A stretch of 39,534 nucleotides of DNA from an uncultured Deinococcales bacterium (GTDB taxonomy: Bacteria; Deinococcota; Deinococci; Deinococcales; JAAFIG01): positions 1-39,534 of the forward strand of contig CAXTKV010000017.1 of the NCBI GenBank assembly GCA_964244895.1. Reading direction: 5' to 3'. Each line of letters opens with the position of its first letter. Position 1 is the first letter of the stretch. Of this stretch, positions 33,069 through 39,534 are shown piece after piece. The position numbers were made by a program, and so were the translations under genes. A model generated the notes under the pieces. That model was not told the DNA's origin. It ran no database searches and saw nothing but the letters and a program-made list of their open reading frames with translations.

Positions 33069-34428
33069 ATGAACGCGACGCAGTCCGTCAACGCTGAGGG
33101 TGATCAGGCACGCGACCAGCGCGCCCTTTCGACCTCGAGATCGATCCTCGAGATGCTGACCGGCCCGGTTTCCGGCAGGGATTTTGCGGTGCGCTGGTGG
33201 GACGGTTCGCGGGACGAACCCGGTGGCGCGCCGCGGTTCACGATTCGTATGAACCGACCCGGCGCGCTCAGACGGATGCTGCTGCCACCGACCGAACTGA
33301 ACTTGGCGGAAGCTTTCATCCGCCAGGACTTCGACGTGGACGGCGATCTGGAGCTGGCGCTCGGGTTGGACGCGACCATGCGCGCGGTCTCGAGCCCGGC
33401 GAACGTCGCGCGGCTCGTGCCGATGCTTCGCTCCTTGCCGACCGACGATCTACCGCCGGAGGCGAAGCTGACCCGTCCCAAACCCGGCCTGAGCGGACAC
33501 GTCCACTCGAAAACCCAGGACGCCAACGACGTGCGCTCTCACTACGATCTGGGCAACGATTTCTACGCGCTGTTTCTGGATTCGCGCATGGTCTACAGTT
33601 GCGCGTACTTCCAGACGAGCGCGGAAGACCTGGACGCCGCACAAGCCGCCAAGCTGGAACTGACCTGCCGCAAATTGCGCCTTCAACCCGGCCAGCACTT
33701 GCTGGACATCGGTTGCGGTTGGGGCGGGCTGGTCATGCACGCCGCGCAGCACCACGGCGCGCGCGACCGGCATCACGCTCTCCGAGCGCCAGGCGGAACT
33801 GGCTCGAGCGCGCGTCCGAGACGCCGGGCTCGAGGATCGGGTCAGCATCGAGGTGCGCGATTACCGCGATCTGCCCGAGAACGCGCGCTTCGACAGGATC
33901 GTCAGCGTCGGCATGGTCGAACACGTCGGGCGCGCGAATATTCGCGCCTACTTCGAGACGGCCTATCGGCTGCTTCAGCCCGGTGGCGCGTTCTTGTGCC
34001 ACGGCATCGTCGAGGCCAGAACCACGCTCGCGCCCGTGCCCAGGCTGATCGAACGCCTGACCTGGCGGCGCAACTCGTTCCTGCACCACTACATCTTTCC
34101 CGGCGGCGAGGTGCTCTACCCCAGCGAATTGCTGTCCGCCGCCGAAAGCGCCGGGTTTGAACCGCGCGACCTGGAAAACCTGCGCGAACATTACGCCCTG
34201 ACCGCCCGCCACTGGTCGCACCGGCTCGAGGCGCGCAAAGACGACGCGATCCGTCTGGTCGGTGAACCCACCTACCGCGCGTATCGGCTGTACCTGACGG
34301 GCGTGATCCGCACCTTCCAGACGCGCGTCAACGGGCTGACGCAGATGCTGCTCTCGAAGCCCACGGATAGCGGCTCGAGCGGCCTGCCGTTGTCTCGGGC
34401 GGACTGGTACGCGACCGGGATCGGGTGA
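33069..34428 (+). pseudogene. cfa: Cyclopropane-fatty-acyl-phospholipid synthase family methyltransferase, frameshifted at ~33757-33765
   Basis: HYDLGNDFY, MVYSCAYF, LLDIGCGWGG in the first frame; TGITLS...DYRD...FDRIVSVGMVEHVG...YIFPGG in the shifted frame; restoring one GC unit in the GC tract rejoins them. Confidence 0.85.
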
Positions 34429-34431
34429 ACA

Positions 34432-34483
34432 GGGACACCGTCCGGGACGCAGTACCAAATTTGCGTCCCGGACGGTGTTCTCG
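34432..34483. repeat. Family A repeat (two-arm)
   Basis: GACACCGTCCGGGACGCA...TGCGTCCCGGACGGTGTTCTCG. Confidence 0.85.
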
Positions 34484-34525
34484 GGTGGTATCGGCTCAGG
34501 GACGCTACCCTGTCATACTGAACGC

Positions 34526-35254
34526 GTGAATGTGCCCCAGGCCAGACGCGCCATCAATGATGCGTCCAGGATCGCGGTGCTGACGGGTGCAGGCATCAGC
34601 GCCCCGAGCGGCATCCCGACCTTCCGCGAGGCGCAGACGGGTTTGTGGGCGCGGTTCAGCCCCGAAGAACTGGCGAGCCCGAAGGCGTATGCGCGGGACG
34701 CGAGGCTCGTCTGGGACTGGTACGCGTGGCGCTACCGACTGTGCGAGAAGGCCCTACCGAACCGGGCGCACGCGATCCTGGTCGAACTCGAGGCGCGAGT
34801 CGGGGATGGTTTCTTGCTCGCGACGCAGAACGTGGACGGTTTGCACGCTCGAGCCGGATCAGAGCGCCTAGTCGAACTCCACGGCAACATCAGCCGAGCC
34901 CGCTGCGAAGGCTGCGGCGCGCGCCAACCGTTGCCGCCGCCCGATACTTTCGTGCCACCCCCGACCTGCGCGTGCGGCTCGAGGATGCGCCCGGATGTCG
35001 TGTGGTTCGGTGAAAACCTGCCCTCGGACGCGCTCGAGGCCGCCTGGGATGCGTTTTGTGCCTGCGATACCGCGCTCGTGATCGGCACCAGCGGCCTGGT
35101 CGAACCCGCCGCTAGCCTGGGCCGCGTGGCGCTCGATCGCGGCGCGTTCCTGATCGAGATCAACCCGGTTGAAACGCCGTTCTCGGGCCTGGCGGATTGT
35201 TCACTGCGTCTGGGCGCAATCGAAGGGCTCGAGGCGTTGGTTGGTCAGGCGTAA
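34526..35254 (+). CDS. cobB: NAD-dependent protein deacylase (sirtuin)
   Basis: GAGISAPSGIPTFR, TQNVDGLH, ELHG, Zn cysteines, RPDVVWFGE, GTSG; GTG 34526 6 nt after CATACT. Confidence 0.93.
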   Translation: MNVPQARRAINDASRIAVLTGAGISAPSGIPTFREAQTGLWARFSPEELASPKAYARDARLVWDWYAWRYRLCEKALPNRAHAILVELEARVGDGFLLATQNVDGLHARAGSERLVELHGNISRARCEGCGARQPLPPPDTFVPPPTCACGSRMRPDVVWFGENLPSDALEAAWDAFCACDTALVIGTSGLVEPAASLGRVALDRGAFLIEINPVETPFSGLADCSLRLGAIEGLEALVGQA

Positions 35255-35478
35255 GCCTCGAGGTTCGAGCCGCAAGCCTCGAGCCGCAAGCGACATCTTC
35301 TCGGATCAGAAACACCGTCTAGCACGCAGTTTCCTGAAAAAGAAGAACACCGTTCTTGCTCATAAAATAGTACCTTGCGGGTTATTCGCGCTCCTGGACG
35401 GTGTTCTCGAGAAACCATCCAGGGCTTTTCGCTTTTGCCTCATGCCTTGCGGCTCGCGGCTTGCGGCTCAAAGCTTGC
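35253..35478. repeat. Inverted GAGCCGCAAG short tandem repeats flanking family A arms (35309-35411)
   Basis: CGAGCCGCAAGC twice at the left; CTTGCGGCTC twice at the right; GAAACACCGTCTAGCACG and CCTGGACGGTGTTCTCGAG inside. Confidence 0.7.
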
Positions 35479-35481
35479 GAC

Positions 35482-36492
35482 CTATCCCGGCCCGACCCAC
35501 ACGACCGCGCCCGAGCTCAGCTTGAAGCGGTCCGCCAGTTCGAGGGGCAGCACCAGGGATTCGTCCGGTGTGTCGTCCGCCGCGATGGGCAGCACCAACC
35601 CGCGCCGCGTCAGGTCGATGCGGAACTCCATGCGCGTGATCTGCCGCCCCAGGATTTCCTCCCAGTCGCGCACGATCCGGGCGGGCAACCTGGATCGCTT
35701 GTCGGTCGCGTCGGTCGCGCGAGAAACGCTGATCGGGATGAACGCCACGCCGTGCGCGGTCGGGGCGACGTGCGACCCGGACGGGTGAGACGGGTTGGTC
35801 GGGTGCGTCGGGTTGGTGGCGCGCATCGGGGCGGGCGGTTCGGGCTTGTCGATGTCAACAGCCTCGAACTCGAAATCAATCTTGAGGCTTTCGGTGGTCT
35901 CGAAAGGGTCGATCTGGGTTTCGGTGGGTTTGGTGACGTTCAGGCTGCGCGAGGGTTGCTGCGGGGTTTTGCTGGCGCCCAGGCTGACGTTGAAGATGCT
36001 GCCTTTGAGCATCGTCTCGAGCGCCTCGAGCTTGGTGGCGTCCGACCCGGCAGCGGATTTCACGCTCCTGGGTGCTGGCGAATCGGCGGGGCGCGAGGTG
36101 CGCCCGAGCGACTGCGCGTTCCGTCCGGCATCGAGGGATGCGCTGCCGGTTTTGCGTTTGATCGTGACTTCGCTGCGCAGCGCGGGCGGGCGCGTGTCGG
36201 CCTTGTTCATGGCGCTCATCAGCGTCCACTCGGCGGCGCCCTGAATGGTGCGCTCCGTGGTTTGAACGCCCGGTTTGAACTCGAATTTGCCGCTCTGCTC
36301 GAGCATTAGCGCGGCCAGCGCGTCCACGCCCTGTTCGGTGTCGTACTGGGCGTGGACCAGCTTGCCAGATTCGAGGTACGCGATGAAGTGCCGCCCGGTC
36401 GGGTGCGCGATCTCGAGCGCGCCCGTGGCTCGGCTGGAACCGAGCACCTGCAACAGCGATTCGACGTTGAAATCCGATAAATTCCCGCGCAT
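35482..36492 (-). CDS. DUF4388 (PATAN-like) domain protein
   Basis: MRGNLSDFNVESLLQVL...TGALEI...YLESGKLVHA...GKFEF; GAGGAG upstream of ATG 36492. Confidence 0.85.
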   Translation of the reverse strand: MRGNLSDFNVESLLQVLGSSRATGALEIAHPTGRHFIAYLESGKLVHAQYDTEQGVDALAALMLEQSGKFEFKPGVQTTERTIQGAAEWTLMSAMNKADTRPPALRSEVTIKRKTGSASLDAGRNAQSLGRTSRPADSPAPRSVKSAAGSDATKLEALETMLKGSIFNVSLGASKTPQQPSRSLNVTKPTETQIDPFETTESLKIDFEFEAVDIDKPEPPAPMRATNPTHPTNPSHPSGSHVAPTAHGVAFIPISVSRATDATDKRSRLPARIVRDWEEILGRQITRMEFRIDLTRRGLVLPIAADDTPDESLVLPLELADRFKLSSGAVVWVGPG

Positions 36493-36766
36493 GGTTCGTG
36501 TCTCCTCGGGGCGTGCGCGCCCCGTCCGGCTCGAGTCTCGTAGGGTTCGTGGCTCGCGTGGTGGCGCGAGACTCGAAAATAAGTCTAGGTTTCCGCGCGG
36601 ATTTCGGGCGGTGATTTCCGGCACGACCCCGGACGCCAATTGAAATCCGGATACCCGTTGCGGTGGTCATTTTTCGCGTTCAGGGCGTGCTGCAGGGCGT
36701 ACAGTGAACCCAGTTTCGCTCGAGAGAATCCTCTCCCTCGAGCCCAGATGATCCTCGGAGGCTTTC

Positions 36767-37537
36767 GTGATCGAAGTGCGCGGTTTTTCCAAACGGTTCG
36801 GACGCGTCGAGGCCGTCAAACCCCTCGACCTGACGGTGCAACCCGGCCAGATTTTCGGCCTGCTGGGGCCGAACGGCGCGGGCAAGACGACCACGATTCG
36901 CGCCATGACCGGCCTGACCCGGCCCAGCACGGGCACGGTGCGCGTGGCCGGTTTCGATGTCTGGCGCGAGCCCGTCAAGGCCAAGGCCAGCTTCGGCTAC
37001 ATCCCGGATCGCCCGTACCTGTACGGCAAATTGACCGCCCGCGAGTTGCTGCGCTTCATCGCAGGGTTGCACAAGCTGGACGCCAGAACGGAAATCGAGC
37101 GCTGGCTCGAGTTTTTCGCCTTGACCGATTTCGGCAACGAGTTGATTGAAACGTTTTCCCACGGCATGAAGCAGAAACTCACGATCATCGCCGCGATGCT
37201 GCCCGAACCGCCCGTGCTGATCGTGGACGAACCGATGGTCGGATTGGACCCTCGAGCGGCTAAACAGGCTCGGGAGCTGTTCGCCAATTACGCCGCCAAA
37301 GGCAAGACGGTGCTGCTGACCACGCACTCGATGCCCGTGGCGGAGGCCGTCGCGCACCGCATCGCAGTGCTGGATCGCGGTCGGATTTTGGGCGAGGGCA
37401 CGCTGGACGAACTGCGCGCGCAGACCCAGACCGACGCCGGCGGCGTCGAAGGCATGAGCCTCGAGCGGATCTTCTTCAAGCTGGTCGAGGAAGAAGAAGC
37501 CCTGAAGGAGGCCGAGCGTGACCGCGTCGCCGCGTAA
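36767..37537 (+). CDS. ABC transporter ATP-binding protein
   Basis: GPNGAGKTT, FSHGMKQK signature, IVDEPMVGLD; RBS GGAGG. Confidence 0.96.
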   Translation: MIEVRGFSKRFGRVEAVKPLDLTVQPGQIFGLLGPNGAGKTTTIRAMTGLTRPSTGTVRVAGFDVWREPVKAKASFGYIPDRPYLYGKLTARELLRFIAGLHKLDARTEIERWLEFFALTDFGNELIETFSHGMKQKLTIIAAMLPEPPVLIVDEPMVGLDPRAAKQARELFANYAAKGKTVLLTTHSMPVAEAVAHRIAVLDRGRILGEGTLDELRAQTQTDAGGVEGMSLERIFFKLVEEEEALKEAERDRVAA

Positions 37538-37585
37538 AACACCGCGTGGGACGCGTATTCAAACTCGCGTCCCGGACGGTATTCC
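37538..37585. repeat. Family A repeat (two-arm, degenerate)
   Basis: AACACCGCGTGGGACGCG...CGCGTCCCGGACGGTATTC. Confidence 0.75.
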
Positions 37586-37586
37586 C

Positions 37587-37744
37587 GTAGGGGCGCGATT
37601 CATCGCGCCCTGCCCTACCCGATTCCTCGAGCGAAACCGCGACGACGTGTCCACGCGCGGGCAACCACATCGCATACAGCGTGCTGAAGCACGACGTTCG
37701 CCCCTACAGGCTGTTCTTGTAGGGGCAGGGCTTGTCCCTGCCCT
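37587..37744. repeat. Cluster of GTAG-type REPs
   Basis: GTAGGGGCGCGATTCATCGCGCCC (37587), TTCGCCCCTAC (to 37707), GTAGGGGCAGGGCTTGTCCCTGCCCT (37719). Confidence 0.75.
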
Positions 37745-37819
37745 CCCCTCGAGACGCCTCTTTCATCGAAATCCCGATCACCGCCTTCTCGAGATTCCCG
37801 TTCCGTCTGAGGTGCGACC

Positions 37820-39534
37820 GTGGCGCTGACCCTACCCACACCGCGCCCGCAACGCCATTCCGGGTCGTTGCTGCGGCTGAAATTGCGCGCGCTCTACAAC
37901 GCCTTCGCCAGGGGTTCAAAGGTCGGTTACGTGCTGGTCGCGCTGTTCGTGGCGCTGGTCGCGTGGGCGGAATTCTCCGGCACGATCCGCGCCATGACCT
38001 TTTTGTGCGAGTACGGTCGGCTGCCGTTCCTGGAAAAATGTTCCCTGGTCGGGCGCAGCGTGGCGCAACGCACCCTGGAAATCGGCTTGATCGTGCTGGC
38101 CTCCGGCGTGACCTTCAGCGCGATCACGACCGCGATCACGACGCTGTACGCGTCTGATGACCTGAATTTCTTGCTGTCCCAGCCGATTCAGGCCTGGCGC
38201 GTGTTCGCGGTCAAATTGATGGAAACCTACCAGAACGCGGCGGGCGTCCCGGCCCTGTTGACGCTGCCGATCATCGCGGGATTGGGCGCGTACTGGAACG
38301 CGCCCGCCTGGTATTACCCGTTGGCGGCGCTGGCCTCGTTGATCGTGTACGCGCTGCCGGTCGGTCTGGGCGCGGCCACGGCGGTCGTGCTGATGCGTTT
38401 CGCGCCCGCCGGACGCGTGCGCGAGGTGGCCACCGGTCTGGGCGTGGTGCTGAGCGCCAGCTTAGTGTACTTCATCCGCGCGGCCAGGCCGGAGGATTTG
38501 CTCAAGCAGTTGCAGGATCCGAACGCCTTCGACGCGCTATTGGCGCAGTTCGCCGCGCCGTCCAACCCGTTCCTGCCGCCATCGTGGGCGGCGCGCGTGA
38601 TCTGGGATGGTGCGCGCGGAGACTTCGCGTACTCGTTCTTCACGCTGGCGGGGCTGGCGTTGGTCGTGCTGGCGGCGGCGGGCTGGTTGGCGGCCAGGGC
38701 GTACCAGGAAGGCTGGGTGCGCGGCCTCGAGAGTTCCCGCGTCAAGCTGGATCGAACCCCGCGCGACGCGAGCGCGGTGGAGCGTTTCTTCTCGAGATTC
38801 GGCCCGAGCGGCGTGCTGATCGTCAAAGACGCGCGCTTGTTGTTCCGCGACGCGACCCAGTGGTCGCAGCTCCTGATCCTGGTCGCGCTGGGCGGCGTGT
38901 ACCTGGTCAGCGTGCGCTCCTTTCCGGTGCAGGAAGCGTTGTTTCGCAACGTGCTGGGCTTTTTGACGCTGGCTTTTCAGGGCTTCGTGATCGCGGGCGT
39001 CGGTATTCGCATGGCCTTCCCGAGCGTTTCATTGGAAGGCGCGGGCTACTGGTTGCTGCGCACCAGCCCGATGAGCGCGCGTTCGATTGTCATGGCCAAA
39101 TACTGGGGCGCGCTGCCCGCCACGCTGGTGCTGGCGGTCTTGATGGGTTTTGTCAGCGCCCGCATCCTGGAACTGGCCAGCGTGATGGTCTTCTTGAGCG
39201 TGCTGGTGTCCGTCTCGAGCGCGCTCTCGATCACGGCGCTGGGCGTGGGGTTGGGTGCGGCCCTGCCGCGCTTCAAGCACGACAACCCCGCCGAGGTCGC
39301 CGTCTCGCCGGGTGGGTTGCTGTACATGCTCTTATCGCTGGTGTACTCAAGCCTGCTGGTGCTGATCACCGCGCGCCCCGCGTACCTCTCGATCACGCAA
39401 CCCGGCGCGTACCCCGGCCTGACGTACTTCTCGAGCATTGAGGGTTGGTTGGTGCTGGCGCTGGTGGCGATCGTGACGGTCGTGGGGACGGTCGCGCCGC
39501 TGTGGTTCGGCTGGAATCGGCTCGATCAGCACGA
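37820..39534 (+). CDS. ABC-2 type exporter permease, 3' end outside window (missing from the ORF track)
   Basis: GAGGTG RBS, GTG 37820; open frame to the window end with many TM helices and DLNFLLSQP, KDARLLFRDATQWSQ, FPSVSLEGAGYWLLRTSP. Confidence 0.88.
   Translation, partial: MALTLPTPRPQRHSGSLLRLKLRALYNAFARGSKVGYVLVALFVALVAWAEFSGTIRAMTFLCEYGRLPFLEKCSLVGRSVAQRTLEIGLIVLASGVTFSAITTAITTLYASDDLNFLLSQPIQAWRVFAVKLMETYQNAAGVPALLTLPIIAGLGAYWNAPAWYYPLAALASLIVYALPVGLGAATAVVLMRFAPAGRVREVATGLGVVLSASLVYFIRAARPEDLLKQLQDPNAFDALLAQFAAPSNPFLPPSWAARVIWDGARGDFAYSFFTLAGLALVVLAAAGWLAARAYQEGWVRGLESSRVKLDRTPRDASAVERFFSRFGPSGVLIVKDARLLFRDATQWSQLLILVALGGVYLVSVRSFPVQEALFRNVLGFLTLAFQGFVIAGVGIRMAFPSVSLEGAGYWLLRTSPMSARSIVMAKYWGALPATLVLAVLMGFVSARILELASVMVFLSVLVSVSSALSITALGVGLGAALPRFKHDNPAEVAVSPGGLLYMLLSLVYSSLLVLITARPAYLSITQPGAYPGLTYFSSIEGWLVLALVAIVTVVGTVAPLWFGWNRLDQH

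Noticed and set aside
36531..36575. TCGAGTCTCG / CGAGACTCGA inverted repeat upstream of the DUF4388 gene as a regulatory RNA
   Set aside because: Only 10 bp, built around the abundant CTCGAG motif, with no other support

Overview
GC-rich bacterial chromosome segment, very probably Deinococcota: RpoC is 1527 aa with the large Thermus/Deinococcus-type insertion, and many genes look leaderless. It starts with the 3' half of tRNA-Val(TAC), followed by a ~1.35 kb islet holding an orphan Phd/YefM antitoxin and an AT-rich, apparently frameshifted membrane-protein gene. Then come rpoC and rpoB, a set of accessory genes (renalase-like oxidoreductase, DinB, GGDEF, sulfite-oxidase-like, beta-propeller protein, DUF4129-DUF4129-MoxR-DUF58 operon, acyl-CoA dehydrogenase), proS, two transglutaminase-like genes, rimO, an ECF sigma factor, a frameshifted cfa-like methyltransferase, cobB, a DUF4388 protein and an ABC exporter. 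Three non-annotated signals stand out. (1) A candidate proline-sensing attenuator lies upstream of a bacterial-type ProRS: a leaderless PRPPG leader peptide, an intrinsic terminator and a second MRPRPRP uORF. (2) A palindromic repeat family (GAACACCGTC-N3-SACG arms) occurs at about 23 loci, including in-frame inside a protein and nested with GTAG-type REPs and a MITE. (3) The hexamer CTCGAG is iterated about 150 times, HIP1-like. All counts are manual and no database searches were run.
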